This document shows, piece after piece, positions 1 through 12,700 of a stretch of 64,000 bases of DNA; positions within the stretch are counted from its first letter, which is position 1; each line of letters opens with the position of its first letter. A program made the position numbers and the translations under genes. The stretch lies in contig CM000434.1 of the NCBI GenBank assembly GCA_000165345.1, positions 704,001-768,000 on the forward strand, in the 5' to 3' direction. The notes under the pieces are model-generated. The model was not told where the DNA came from, did no database searches, and was given only the letters and a program-made list of their open reading frames with translations.

Positions 1-2223
1 GAAGGTGGAGTTGTGACTACTCCAGAATATCCAGGACATTTGGATATTCCAGGAGAAACTGGTCCAGAAGATTTTCCACAATATGAGACTCCAGGTTCAC
101 CATATTCTCCAACTCAAACACCAGAACAATTTCCACTTGGCAGTTTCTCAGATAATTGGAAGTCACAATTTGTTGGTACCAAACAATCTGATTTTCTTAA
201 ATTTGGAGTTGATGGGTCTGAATATGAATCAGATCCTGCTGCTAAAGCAGCCTTTTCTAGGTATATTCAGGCAACTTCCAATGGAGTCTCTGATTTTAGC
301 TCTTCCTTAAGGAGTTTATCGGAATGTAAAATAATCGCTGAGAGACACATTATTTTCTTGCAGGCTTTCATTCATCATTTCTCAGCCTTATCAAATATTC
401 AACTACAACCTGAATTATATTGTTTGTTATTCACAAACTCAATGAAGCCAAACATTTTCTCGTTTGTTTCAAATTTGAAAAATTATTTGAACAACAACAA
501 ATATACATTTGAGGAAGAACATTTAGCTCGATCAGTGAATATTGGATTGAACTATTTAGCAACGAAGACATTCACAAGGAAAGACCTTACAGTTACAGGA
601 GTTAAGAAGCTTGTTAAAGAAAATAGAGAATTGGCATTAGAATGTGATGCTGATAATGTCATATTTGCTACTTCTTTATTGCTTTTAACAAACATTTATT
701 CAGATAATCTTGGAATGAGCTCTCAAATCAATTTGGCTGATATTTGTAGTATACTCAAAGGATACCAAGACTTAGAATCAAGAGTACGTGAAATTGTTTC
801 TCTCTTTTACAGAGCAGGTGATGTTAGCAGACACTCATTATTCGATTTGTCAATCTTGGTTAAAGAATCTTTGGAATCAGCATACAGAGCTCTTTCAATT
901 CCATTCTCAGATTACTTCTTAGATACTGACAAAAAAACTCTCAAGAGTCTTACACCAATGAGCACTACTATCAATGTTGATGAAATTATTAAACCAATCG
1001 ATCATGATGATGTGATTAGAACTTCTGATAGATATATTTCTGGTAAAGTTCCAATTCCAGAGATTCCAGGTCCACCAAGCCGTCGTGGAAGCGGTCCTAT
1101 TTCAGATAGAGTCATTCCAACTTCAACTGATGAGATCTTTAAACCATTAAGAACTTCCAAAGATTATCAACCATTTAAAAGAGGTAGTCTATTACATCCA
1201 CCTACCCCAGAGAATCTCCCTGATAAGGCTTCAGGCAGAGGATTTGTAAAATCTTTACAAGTTCACATGAAACCAAGAGAGTATGAGACTGAATTTATAT
1301 ATGGAAGCTCAGGGTTTGTTAGTCCTCAGTTAACTTACTTTAAGAGAGTCTCAGAACGTGAATATAATCATGATAAGAAAATTAAACAAGCCAAAGAAGA
1401 ACAAAAACGTCTTGAGAAGAAGAGAGAACAGAGAATGACACGTGGATACAAGGACTTGAGAGGAGTTAAAGAATTAGATGGTGCTGACGAAAGCGTTTCA
1501 GAATTACCAGATATTTCTGAAGAGCCTTCTCCACTTCCAGAATTTGAAGAGCCAGAAAGAATTATTCCATCCAAATTTGAAACTAAATTACACAAGCTTG
1601 TTCCAAAGAGTAGCAGTATTTACACTCAACCATCACAAAGATTCCATTCAACGCCATTAGCATATACCACTTTGAAACCAATGAAGGGAATGCTTAGTAC
1701 TGAGAGTAGATTGAATTCCGATTTAAGCTCTGAATTAGAGTTGGATGAAGCTTCAGAAGGAACAATTGGTCTTCCTTCTCAAAAAGGAGACGACGCTGCG
1801 GAAAAATCTCATGAAGGAGATGTTTCTGTTTCTGATGAATTTTCAAATCTATCGATTTCAAAGTCTGAAAAAACTCTTACAACTGAAGTTGCTGCTAGAG
1901 AATTATTAATAAAGTGCACAGATTTATCTAGATCACAAAAGAAAAGAGCTCTTAGCTTGTTTAGAGTTCTCAAATACCTATATAAAGGACATACAACTGG
2001 TTGGTATATAACTGCATTCTGTAGAGCTGTGTACTTTGCAGAGAAGGATGTATGCATTTCTAAAGGAGTAAAATCTTTAAATATTAAAGAAATGGCATCT
2101 GAGTGTTTCAATGCTTTAAATAGCTCTCCATTCATTAAAAAAAATCCAGAACTTTCAAATCTAAGTCGTCAAGTATGTTATTCATATTACAAGAAGAGAG
2201 CAGCCACTGTTTGTTTGGGGTAA
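1..2223 (+). CDS. Hypothetical protein, 5'-truncated at the window edge (C-terminal 740 aa)
   Basis: The frame is open from nt 1 (EGGVVTTPEYPG...), so the annotated M at 13 is probably internal. Long uninterrupted ORF with P/S/E-rich low complexity. No recognisable domain. Confidence 0.5.
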   Translation, partial: EGGVVTTPEYPGHLDIPGETGPEDFPQYETPGSPYSPTQTPEQFPLGSFSDNWKSQFVGTKQSDFLKFGVDGSEYESDPAAKAAFSRYIQATSNGVSDFSSSLRSLSECKIIAERHIIFLQAFIHHFSALSNIQLQPELYCLLFTNSMKPNIFSFVSNLKNYLNNNKYTFEEEHLARSVNIGLNYLATKTFTRKDLTVTGVKKLVKENRELALECDADNVIFATSLLLLTNIYSDNLGMSSQINLADICSILKGYQDLESRVREIVSLFYRAGDVSRHSLFDLSILVKESLESAYRALSIPFSDYFLDTDKKTLKSLTPMSTTINVDEIIKPIDHDDVIRTSDRYISGKVPIPEIPGPPSRRGSGPISDRVIPTSTDEIFKPLRTSKDYQPFKRGSLLHPPTPENLPDKASGRGFVKSLQVHMKPREYETEFIYGSSGFVSPQLTYFKRVSEREYNHDKKIKQAKEEQKRLEKKREQRMTRGYKDLRGVKELDGADESVSELPDISEEPSPLPEFEEPERIIPSKFETKLHKLVPKSSSIYTQPSQRFHSTPLAYTTLKPMKGMLSTESRLNSDLSSELELDEASEGTIGLPSQKGDDAAEKSHEGDVSVSDEFSNLSISKSEKTLTTEVAARELLIKCTDLSRSQKKRALSLFRVLKYLYKGHTTGWYITAFCRAVYFAEKDVCISKGVKSLNIKEMASECFNALNSSPFIKKNPELSNLSRQVCYSYYKKRAATVCLG

Positions 2224-2666
2224 TTTCAAACTGAATGATTATATACAAAGAAACAAAAAGTGTGACTATAAGGGAAGATGAGATGAAAATGGGAAAAGGA
2301 AAGTTGTTTGAGTGGGGTAAAGTGAGAAAATTTGGTTGATGGGGAGAAAATGTAAATATTCCCGTCTTAAGGCCTTTGATTTTTCTCCTAATCCTGAGGA
2401 CTAAAAACACTATTTACTTTTGTTAATAGTGAATAATAATCCTTACATCATTGTTCTATTCCCTTCATTACTCTTCTCTAATTCTCAGTTTTTTTTTACA
2501 ATGGTAAAATGCATGTGACTTTTGGACCTTTTCTATTCTCAACATTATTCCATCAACCCATTCAAATTATACTCAATATCATCCTCTAATCTTTATTTCT
2601 ATTACCATCAATCCACCACGTATTAATAAAAAACCTCTCCAAGCTTTTTTTTCATTTTTCCCCACA

Positions 2667-2703
2667 TTGGCGCGCAAATGTAACTTACATGTGATTGCAT
2701 GCA
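2667..2703. promoter_or_regulatory. E2F-like TTGGCGCGCAA plus TGCATGCA motif pair in an intergenic spacer
   Basis: Motifs seen directly. Both are known over-represented upstream motif classes in Cryptosporidium (E2F-like GGCGCC/GGCGGG; GCATGC AP2-type). Confidence 0.35.
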
Positions 2704-3707
2704 TTTACATGAAATCACTTACGTGTATAGTGTTTTTGACGCGGGAAGAGTATTTATGAAGTTATTCATAATAATATAATGATTATAATGAATTTTCTTT
2801 TTGAGACCAAGAAGATAGATAATGAACTTCCGTTTTCCAGATGATTTATGGTAAATGAATGTAATGGTAAAACGTGGTGAAAGTTCTATGTAAATCTAAT
2901 AATTTTCGCATTGGAGGGGTGAGGAGAGATGAATAGAAGGCAGAAATAAGTGAGGAAATGATTTAAATGCATAGTACTTTGTACGGAGGAGAAGATATTA
3001 TCTCTTTATCAAGAATATGGATATTAGTTGATAAAAGTTGGTATGGATGATTATGTAATTTTAAGAATATAATAAATATTATCAAGGGAGTATAAGTAGG
3101 TAGCGATTGCATTACTTACCTATTTAGTTTTGAGTACAGGGATAAATTGAAATAGATTATTGGATTTCACTCTTTCTATAGCTAGAGTTATGCACATGAA
3201 TACTTTGAATAAAATTCAAAAATATCAGACTTAAAATATTACTATGATAGAAATACTTAGCACTTATTAATCTTTAATAAAAAAAAGTTCAAAGCTCTTC
3301 TTTTTTTCTTATTTATTATGTTTTATGATTTAAGGCTTATTTTTACACTCATTATTTAAGCTTAAATATTAAATTTCTCTCTTATCTGGACCGGTGGGGG
3401 AGTGGGAAAGAAAAATTCTGTCTTTTTCTCATTCCAATAATATTAAGTATCAAATATTGTTACAAGGTCCGGGAGGTTTGGGACAAAATAGAAGGAGATA
3501 GAGGGTTAAAAATAGGAAAATTCAATCAAGTAGTAACGAATTGATATAACTTGTAAATTGTAGTCAGGTTTATAGTAATTTTGATTTTAGTAAAGTAAGA
3601 AAAGAAAGAAGATTGTTACATTTTAGATATAATAATAGCAGCTTAAGTTAAGTTAAATATATTATTGGCCTAATATATTCCATATATAAGTAAAATTAAA
3701 GTGAAAG

Positions 3708-4447
3708 ATGGCAAGTTCTTTATTGGAAAATGATATTATTAGTCAAAATATTGGAAATGGTCTCATTTCAAAGAAAAAGAGTAAAAAAAAACTAAACAAG
3801 TTCTCAAAATCAAGTAATAGTGAACTAGAAAAGCAACAAAATGATAAAAAAGAATACTATCCAACAAAAAATGCCATGATGGAAAGCGAAGATGATGATC
3901 TAACAGATGAAGAATTTGAGGAATATGAGGAATACGAGGAAGATATGAGTAACTTTGATTATTTAAAAATCTTCAAAATTCCCTTAATATTATTTATTCT
4001 TTCATTCATTAGTGTTTTATTTGTAGATTTATTCGGAAAAGACTATCTTGGGAATGAATTAGAGAATGGAATATATAATATGATTGATCCTAATTATGGT
4101 TCTTTTATTTGGAATCTTTCAGGTAAGTAAGCTAAATTTTCATGATAGCTTCTTTTTTTTAAAAAGGAGAAACTAACTAACTAAATCATTTTCTTGCAGA
4201 AAAACAAATAGATAAAGTAAGAATTGAAGACATTCAAGTGGCAATTCAAATGCTATTGATGTATGTTGACAATCATTTTAACCAAACAAAGCTGACATTA
4301 GACGGATTGGAGTCAAAACTAAGCAAAAGTATTACAGAAAATAAAGATACCTTAATAGAATTAAACAACCAAATTGATAAAATTGAGCGGGAAATTTCAC
4401 ATAAGACTGACTATTTAGAGAAAATGATTTCAGAATCCAAGCTTTAA
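3708..4447 (+). CDS. Hypothetical membrane protein, two exons (3708-4122 and 4200-4447), with a single TM helix followed by a coiled coil
   Basis: ORF 3708-4130 ends just after a canonical donor (cag|GTAAGT at 4123-4128). The acceptor TTTCTTGCAG ends at 4199. Splicing keeps the frame: ...IWNLS-E-KQIDKVRIEDIQ... runs into ORF 4238-4447 with no stop. Hydrophobic stretch IPLILFILSFISVLFVDLF. Acidic EEYEEYEED run. Confidence 0.5.
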
Positions 4448-4691
4448 AGCTTGTGAAAAAACTTCCGGCTAAAATTTACTATGATCAAAACTATCTTAGA
4501 AAAACTAAAACCTAGAAAGAGCTAAACTAAATTTCTATATATTTTTTTTAATAATAAACTACTGCTCTTCTTGGTCATTTTCATTATTTTTATTAATATT
4601 TTATTGCATGTAATAATTACGTGTCATACATGCAAATTTGCATAATTTTTGCAAAATTGCTATACCGGTTTGACAGTAGATTAATCGGAAA

Positions 4692-4704
4692 TTTCCCGCC
4701 AAAA
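4692..4704. promoter_or_regulatory. E2F-like site TTTCCCGCCAAAA about 300 bp upstream of gene 4998
   Basis: Reverse complement TTTTGGCGGGAAA equals the canonical E2F consensus. Flanked by ATACCGGT and GCATG/TGCAAA elements at 4617-4670. Confidence 0.5.
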
Positions 4705-4997
4705 GTGACAATTCAAAAAAAAAAAATAACCCAAATTAAAAAAAAAAAATAGTGGTGAATTTTTAATAAGATAGGAAAATAACTGGGTAAGAGAGGGCTT
4801 AAGATTAAGAATTTGGAATTTAAATAATTCAATAACAGTGATTTTATTGCAATTATAGATCAAGTATAAGAGAAATTACTCATTGCGAAGGTTTATTCGG
4901 GAATGTAATTTTGTACAAAATTTCGGCTCAGCTTATTACTGGCAGAAAATTTGACTTGAGTCTGAATAATTGATTTAGAGTATTCTGCTGTGAAGTA

Positions 4998-6797
4998 ATG
5001 ATTTTCTTACTAACCTGTATATATTTATTTGGCATTACTTTGCTAGAATTCAAGGCCAATGCACAGAATATATTGGATGATTGTGTAAAGGCTGGGTTGG
5101 CAAGCTACAAACGACAAAATGTATTTCAAAAGTTTAGGTTAAGACTTGATGTGTCGGATAATATTTCAAAATATGAAAATTTTTTGAAAAATTATAATAC
5201 TTTGGATGAGAATATTTCTTTTATGGATGAGGAATATCTTCAAGACATTTCAAGATTTTTATTTGACAGGAATGAAATTTTGATCGATTATTTTTGGGAC
5301 TCAATGATGGATTCTCTGCCTCCTACTTGGCATGTATATGGAATAAGGCCTATACAAGCTTCAATTATAAGGACTAGATTCATGGAATCTTGTGTAAGCA
5401 ATATATATAGTTTATATAAAGAAGGTAAGATAGAGAAGTTTCATACTGCAATTCCGAACCTTAGGGATGCAAGGTATCTTACTTCAGGTAAGGTGAATGA
5501 AATATGCCGAAATATCAAAGGAAAGATTGAGAATTTTGGTTTTGAGATACCACCTGTAATTAAAACAATTGGGAGATCAAATTTACCAGTATACTACAGA
5601 TGTTCAGAAATCCAAAGTGACGAACTAGCTGACGTTACTATCTTTATTTTAGACAAGAAGATTCCAAAGTTCAATATTCCAAAGCAAAAGATTTGTGAAA
5701 TAGTGAATGTAATGATCAGAGAACCAGCTTCATTCCATAACTCTTGTTTTGGAGTTTTGTCTTTTGGTTTGAGAGGATATCTTCCCATTGACAATGAAAC
5801 TAGAGATAGCTTGGACTTTGCTTGTAAAATTATGGATAATATTAGAAAATATACAAGATTATTTTCCAAAGAGCCAATACAAATGCCTAATAAAAACATT
5901 AAAGACATCATTGTTGAAAATTTATTGAGAATTTATCCTAATATTGAGTTAACTGGTATAGGAATGGAAATTGTTGAACAAGTGAAGATTAGTGAATACA
6001 GATTCATAGAAAGTTGTACGAACTTTTCGGAAACTCTATTCGCATTGCAAGGTTTTAAAATCATTGAAAAACAAGTTTCTAAACAAAATGGTATGAAGAC
6101 AAATGGTTCATCTGATGAACAGAAGGATGAAGAGGATAAGGAGATTGATAATAATATTGCTCATCCATTTGAGGGGGATCCTAGAGATCTCAGGAAGAAA
6201 CTTTTACTTGCTTGTTCTGGGATTCATATGCATTTATTTGAAATTAAACCAAAAGGAGTATCATTTACAAAACTAATAAACTCGAGGATTATTGTTCAAG
6301 AAGATTTTTCAAAGGTTTCAAAGTCTAAGCTACTTTATCTTGATATGTGTGACAATAAAAATGCAGTGATTTTGGATAAGCATAGTATCACCCAAGATAC
6401 TTTGGCTGAGATTATTCTCTCAGCCATTTTACACTCCTCTAGCAAGTCAATGAGCTCTATAGCCCTTTATAATGGATTTGTTAAGGAATATATTTGTTCA
6501 ATTTCCGGAGAAATCATTAGTTCATTGAGAAACAATTTTGAAACATTCCCAAAATTCGAAGAAACTGGTTTTATGAACAGTTGTAGACAAATTATTTCTG
6601 AAGAGGTTTTTCCAAGACAAAAAGAGAAATCAATGAATTTTATGCTCAAAAAATCCATTATCAAACTTTGTAGTATTGTTGTCAATTCCCTTATCCAAAT
6701 TTCTCAGCTACTAAACTCAAATTCAAGCCTCGATAACATCAAAGGCCAGGATGATGACGAATTAACCTCTAGTGAGTATTTAAGCGAAGAAATCTAA
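4998..6797 (+). CDS. Hypothetical secreted protein (599 aa)
   Basis: Long ORF with an N-terminal signal-peptide-like stretch MIFLLTCIYLFGITLLEFKANAQ. An E2F-like site lies about 300 bp upstream. No recognisable domain. Confidence 0.55.
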   Translation: MIFLLTCIYLFGITLLEFKANAQNILDDCVKAGLASYKRQNVFQKFRLRLDVSDNISKYENFLKNYNTLDENISFMDEEYLQDISRFLFDRNEILIDYFWDSMMDSLPPTWHVYGIRPIQASIIRTRFMESCVSNIYSLYKEGKIEKFHTAIPNLRDARYLTSGKVNEICRNIKGKIENFGFEIPPVIKTIGRSNLPVYYRCSEIQSDELADVTIFILDKKIPKFNIPKQKICEIVNVMIREPASFHNSCFGVLSFGLRGYLPIDNETRDSLDFACKIMDNIRKYTRLFSKEPIQMPNKNIKDIIVENLLRIYPNIELTGIGMEIVEQVKISEYRFIESCTNFSETLFALQGFKIIEKQVSKQNGMKTNGSSDEQKDEEDKEIDNNIAHPFEGDPRDLRKKLLLACSGIHMHLFEIKPKGVSFTKLINSRIIVQEDFSKVSKSKLLYLDMCDNKNAVILDKHSITQDTLAEIILSAILHSSSKSMSSIALYNGFVKEYICSISGEIISSLRNNFETFPKFEETGFMNSCRQIISEEVFPRQKEKSMNFMLKKSIIKLCSIVVNSLIQISQLLNSNSSLDNIKGQDDDELTSSEYLSEEI

Positions 6798-6871
6798 TTG
6801 GTTACATTTTTAAAAGTTTTAAAGAAAAAAACAAGAAAAGAGCATTTTTAATATTCAAAATTTGTAGATCA

Positions 6872-6882
6872 GGGCGCCAAAA
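6872..6882. promoter_or_regulatory. E2F-like GGGCGCCAAAA about 480 bp upstream of gene 7363
   Basis: Seen directly. Confidence 0.4.
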
Positions 6883-7362
6883 TGTGTGCATTTATCCGAT
6901 ACCCAAAATAAGAATTATGTCAGAATTTATCCTTAAATTGGAGCATAAATAAATATTTCAGATTCCTAGTATAATAGATTTTGTGTGATTTGGATATTGT
7001 ATGTATATTCATATCATATATGGACGTATATGCATCCCTTATTTGAAATTTCTTAATTTCCAGATTTATTTCCGCCCTATTAATTTTTACCCTCTGCTTT
7101 GGGGGGAATCTCCTCTGAAAGGCGGCAAGTCTAATAATTAAAAGATTCAGGTGCGTTATGTCGACGCTTGGAGATGATTAGTTGATAAAGCAATAAATTG
7201 ATAAAAAGGTAAAGTGGGATGTACACTTGTACACAGTTTTAGGGCTTTGAAGAAAAAGAAAGTGTGAGAGAAAGCCATTATATTTGAAGCTTGTACAAGT
7301 TTTTATTTGAATTGATTCAGATTTTCTTTTAAGCATTGTTAGGTGGAAAAGAACAAGTGAAT

Positions 7363-9315
7363 ATGAATAAGAAGACTTATGTTTTGGGAGCAATTGGGTG
7401 TATTATCCTTGCTGTTGGGGGAGTTCTTGGCTCTGAGACTGATTTATATGGGTCTGACATTTTAGGTTCTGCTGGTGAGAAATCTTCATCAATGTTTCCA
7501 AGTAATGAAGAGTCAGCATCAGCTTCTGGAGAAGATCTCGCAGGTATTTCTAGTGACTCAGAAGTAACATCTTCTTCGGGATCTGGTATTGATGGTTCCA
7601 ATTTGGATATGAGTAAATCGCAATCCCAAGGTGATTTGAGTGCTTCCGTAGGAGGAATTGCTCCCCATTCTGATTTTGTTGGTGGAGATGCTAGTGAAGG
7701 TCTTAGATCATCATTAGCATCTTCCATTCAACCAGATATTACTGTTGAACCATCAACTTCTCAACAAAGATCTATTGGATTTGTTGATAAATCAACTGAT
7801 GATACTTCTAAGCCTGAAGAGAGGTCTTCAAGGATGGAATTTGTTATTACAAGAAATGCAGAAATAGCAATTGAAAACCTTTTCCCATCTTTAGAGTCTG
7901 CCAATATTCTTACAGTTAGTGATATCTCCAAGTATCCAAGTGTTGAACTTAATGATGAGAAGGTATTGGAAAGTCAACTTAATAAAAAAATTAATTATTA
8001 TAAGGTTGAGCTTCCAATGACCCACGATACAATTTCTGGACTCTCTACTAGTGATCCTAGAGTTGAAATTGGAGTAAAATCCAAGTTTGAATTGTTAGTT
8101 GATGAAAATCAGCCACGTATGGAACGTATTCTAAGGTTCTTAGGCTCAAATCCTGTTGATTTAGCTGGTCAAGATAAATTCGATTTAGCTACAATATTAT
8201 TCTCTGTAGTTGCTTATGGAGAATGCATTAAAAGATTGAATGGAATCAACTCCGCTCTAGATGTTGTTGAGATTTGTACCCAGCTTTCCAGAGAAGATGT
8301 CCTTACAATTCAACCAGAAGATCTACCAAAGAATGTACTTAAAGAGAAGATTGAACTCTTTAAGCTTACTGGAACTGTTATATCCATTCCTTTACCTCTA
8401 TTTACTGAAGCTTCAAACTTGAAATGGAGACATGTTTCAAACTCTAATGGAATTTACCAAGTATATAACAGTGGAGCAATTGATGGTTTTGCTCATTTTG
8501 ATTTCCTTTACAAAAAGCTCTACGATATTATTAATACCATTCACTACCCAGGATTCCAGTTTATCGATGATGTTAGAGTAGATTTGTATTATGGTATGAA
8601 AGGAATTAGACTTCAGCTTGGAAATGGTGAACAAAGCAGAAGAGTCAAAAAGAATATTTCAAATATCATGGAATTTTATGATGATTGGTATAAAGGACCA
8701 AAATCCAAGAGATTATGTTCACAAAATTACTATAATTCTTTATTGGCTGTGGGACCAATATATGATGCTGTTCGCGAAATGACCAAAATCCTCAAATCTA
8801 TACAAGATGAAATGGTTGCCAATCCCAGTGTTGTTGAAGAAGAATTTAATGGAATCCCAAGACAATCACTTTTTAATATACATTTTAACGAAAGAAAATT
8901 CTTTACTAATAATGTTGTTCCAATATTTACCAATATTAACGATGCAGTTAAAGCAGGCAATGTCAAGCCAATCAGATCTGAAATCCTTCGTATTCTTGCA
9001 ATTCTTGAAGAGATTGAATTCAATTCTAAGGAAGTTATCAAAGTTCTTCAAGATCTTAACAAATGTATTAAAACTTCTGGACATAACTTTAATTATGAGC
9101 TCGGGTATATTAAGCGCGACTATTACAAACTTGTTAAGGCTGTCAGGAAAATCCATCCGAGACATCCCTTCCCTCTTCCTTCCAGTCCATTATACATTAA
9201 AGGGAAAAAGTTCGGAATCAAGAATCTCTTCAGAAAGAATGCTGCTAGAGCCAAACTCGGATACTATCGAGAAATTAATCCTTTCAATAAGTCCGAGAAA
9301 ACTTCGAAGAAGTAA
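7363..9315 (+). CDS. Hypothetical secreted Ser/Asp-rich protein (about 650 aa)
   Basis: ORF 7336-9315; the likely start is the second Met (MNKKTYVLGAIGCIILAVGGVLGS, signal-peptide-like). A Ser-rich acidic low-complexity region follows. Confidence 0.5.
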   Translation: MNKKTYVLGAIGCIILAVGGVLGSETDLYGSDILGSAGEKSSSMFPSNEESASASGEDLAGISSDSEVTSSSGSGIDGSNLDMSKSQSQGDLSASVGGIAPHSDFVGGDASEGLRSSLASSIQPDITVEPSTSQQRSIGFVDKSTDDTSKPEERSSRMEFVITRNAEIAIENLFPSLESANILTVSDISKYPSVELNDEKVLESQLNKKINYYKVELPMTHDTISGLSTSDPRVEIGVKSKFELLVDENQPRMERILRFLGSNPVDLAGQDKFDLATILFSVVAYGECIKRLNGINSALDVVEICTQLSREDVLTIQPEDLPKNVLKEKIELFKLTGTVISIPLPLFTEASNLKWRHVSNSNGIYQVYNSGAIDGFAHFDFLYKKLYDIINTIHYPGFQFIDDVRVDLYYGMKGIRLQLGNGEQSRRVKKNISNIMEFYDDWYKGPKSKRLCSQNYYNSLLAVGPIYDAVREMTKILKSIQDEMVANPSVVEEEFNGIPRQSLFNIHFNERKFFTNNVVPIFTNINDAVKAGNVKPIRSEILRILAILEEIEFNSKEVIKVLQDLNKCIKTSGHNFNYELGYIKRDYYKLVKAVRKIHPRHPFPLPSSPLYIKGKKFGIKNLFRKNAARAKLGYYREINPFNKSEKTSKK

Positions 9316-9775
9316 TAAGTTGGGACTTTTTTTTAAGTTAACGAGGGGATTATTCATTACTCCTGGGTTGTATCGTGGCGGCGATGGTGGTATACCTTTA
9401 TTACAACTTTTCTCTCCTTTATCCACATAAATAGCTATATTACTTCATCTTTAGTTGGAGGATTTTCAACACTTGAATTTCAAGTTTTATATTTTTATTA
9501 ACTTAGGATAATATTAGAGATCAGCAGTTGGAAATTGGTTGGTAGTTATTAAAAATAAATGAACTGATAATACTGATCGGAGTAAATAAAATGTATATTG
9601 GATTCAAAGGATTTCCATAAAAAAAAATAACAGAGAAAATGATTCTGTTTTTTTTTATAGAAATACTCTTTACCTATATATATAGAATTTGAAGTTAATT
9701 CCTTTTATTATTTACAATATATTCTCTTTCCTTAGTAGTTATTATTTCTTGTAAGAATTATTAAAGTTAGAAGAT

Positions 9776-12700
9776 TTATTCCTCTATAAATTCTGAGAAT
9801 AACAACTCTTGATATTGTTGAAAATGATATTCAGAATTAAAGAAGTTCTCAATTAATGATGAATGATCCATTATTGTTTCAAAATGAATTGTGACTTCTC
9901 TTTCAAGCTCTAGAACCCAATCTTGAAAGAGTGGACATACTAATTTTCGAATCGAAATAAACTCCAAATCTTGGTTATTTTTAAATGTTGTAATTAGATT
10001 GTACCAAACAATTAATACCATTAAAATCTTCCATTTAATACATTTAGAGCATACTTGAAAATAAAGATATGAAATTTGATATAAGGAAATTTTAGTATTT
10101 ATTATTCCATTTTCAAATTGTTTTTTATCAAGTTTATTAACTTTTTTTTTGGAAAAGAAGGCACCAGAGTTAGAAGAAATACTTTTTGTTGAGTTAACTT
10201 TAATTTTATTGGAAAAAACAATATCAAATATCCCAAAAAGTAGATTTGTAATAATTGCAGGAAATGCAGAAATTATTTCATTGTTTCTTCGTTTATACAT
10301 ATAATTTAATATAATTTGTAGTCCAATAAAAAATAGTTTAGAATCTTGATTGAGAGAATTTTCATATATTAATAGAGAAATTTGATTTGAGAGCCCTTTA
10401 TAAATTTGAATTTGTTTGTCTTTGATTATTTTATTATCTAGAATAGGAAAATCTAGATGGTAAAAATGATCAAAATTATCCTGATACTTGACTTGAGTGA
10501 GTTTATGATCTGAATATGTTCCTAAATCGAAATAAATTCGATGAAAAATGAGTTGTTTTTTAGATAAGTCTGAAATTGATTCCAATAGATCAATTGCAAT
10601 AATTCTTGCATGATTTTGAAAGGTAACATTATGGATGAGCATGTTGGGAAAAGAAATAGAAAAGTCTGCAACTTTCAACTTCAATTTGTTTCCAAAAGCA
10701 ATAATGTGATCAATTGACTGAGAATAGGTGGTAATATCGGTATTAATAGAATCATAATTTCTTTTAGTTTTTGAAATATCCAAACAGCTTATAACTCTTG
10801 TAGAAACAAGCTCCAAAGCTTTGTCAGTATCAAAGTTTTTCTCAACAAGAAAAAAAAAGAACTTTTTGTGATCAGATGGAGATCTGTAAATAAGACCTGA
10901 TTCAACTCCCTTGAAAGAATAACTTCCTGAGACAATAAAAGGATCTTTATGAAATTTGTGAGTATTAGTAGAATTACTGTGAACTGAAATAAGTTGAAAA
11001 ATAGTATTTGGTATAAAATTTTGATTTTCACCACGGTTAAAAACCTGAAAAAAGCTATCTTTTCCATTGTTTGGAAATATTTTGAATCTGAAATTTTCTT
11101 CAAAGTTTGAATCATTATCATTAATAGAGTAAGTTTTGGATCCACATAAATTAGCATCTGAATCAAATAGAAAAAGCTGCGAGCTGATTCTTGTGGGACA
11201 TTTATTTGAGTGTGAGTCTGGAATCCAATTCTCAATGTTAACAACAATCCAAGAGTTTTCTTTTAGATAAATCATATTTTCAACTTTATGACGAGTACTC
11301 TTCAAAGGCAAAACTTTGTCGCAACTTTGAAGTTTATTTGATTCCACATTAACTAGCTTAATATATTGATTTTCATGGCCTTGAAGAGATAAAAAGTAAA
11401 GATGATCATAATCTTGGTAATTTTCAGTAAATTGGGTAATAATAGAATAAATTGGAAATTTTAATCTTTTAATATGGAGAATTTTGAGAAATTTTTCGTT
11501 TGTCTCAAGCAATTCTGTATATAAATAATCAGTCATTGATCCTAAAATAATACGATTTTTCCATATTTGATTATTATTAAAAATGTGTCTTCTTTGAGTT
11601 CCAATAACTTTCAAATTAAAAACTTCCTGAGAAGAAATATGAGATTTTAAATTAATAATAATTTTTTTGTATTTGGTTTGATTTGTTTGAAACTTTTCTT
11701 GAAATAAATCTTGTGTAAATTGAATTAAACTAAAAATACATAAGAATCCAAAACTTGTTGTAATATATATATTATCATGAAAATTATTGTCAAATTCAAT
11801 AGAAGTGATCATTCCAACCTCAGAATCAAGAAAATGGTTCAGGTTGAAGTTAGATTTAATATTCTTCAAAGGATTTTGTATTGATGATAAATTTGCAAAT
11901 ATTTGGCTATGAGGATCTCCAATTAGAGTTAATATTACATGAGAAGAATTATTTAATATTAATTTTTTGGATTCAAATGATGAAATAATAGGGATATAAG
12001 TTAATTCATCTTTAATATCAAAATGAAAAAGTTGAAAAGACTCGATTTTTAACTGAATTAATTTATGTCCTTGAGTAATAATCATTAAGTGATTATCATC
12101 AGCCATTTTAGCATACATAATTAAATCAGGATATTCCCATAAATCTTTTATATTCGGTTGAAAATGATCAATATGATTTTGATTTTCAAAAGCTTTAACT
12201 TGTTCAGAAATTCCCTGGTATAATAAAATACGAGATTCTGTAACCTGTAGCATTAAATTATGACATACTTTAACACATAAAATAGTTGAATGACCACTTA
12301 TTAAAAAACCATTAATTTGAATTTTTTTTAAATAATATTTATTTTCAGGAATGGATTCTTGCTTTATAAGTAAATCAATTTGGCTTTCAAGGAACTTTGA
12401 ATAAACAACCAAATACCTGTTTTTTTCGATGGGTATAATAAAAATTTCAAGTACTCCTTTTTTTAAAGAATCAAATTGGGCTATTGTGGAAATCTTTAAT
12501 GAATTTAAAAATATATATCTTAAAACAAAATCATATTGAAAATAATATCCACCTTTAATTTGATCAAAGCAACATTGATATCTTCTGGCTGCTAATATAA
12601 ATTTATTATCAAAACAATTTGGAGCCATAATAGCCTTTTCCATTTTCAAAATTTCAAGAATTTTTGGGGCAAAAATAAATTTTTGTTTAAAGTTTGGAAA

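Noticed and set aside
8730-9430. Overlapping ORFs on both strands (8730-9041, 8807-9430, 8866-9165, 9190-9426) at the 3' end of gene 7363-9315
   Set aside because: Nested in or antisense to the longer secreted-protein ORF. AT-rich sequence produces many such random ORFs. No independent start or promoter evidence.
10789-11247. 152-aa minus-strand ORF nested in the 1506-aa gene in another frame
   Set aside because: Out-of-frame overlap with the long ORF. Hydrophobic low-complexity translation typical of frame-shifted AT-rich coding DNA.
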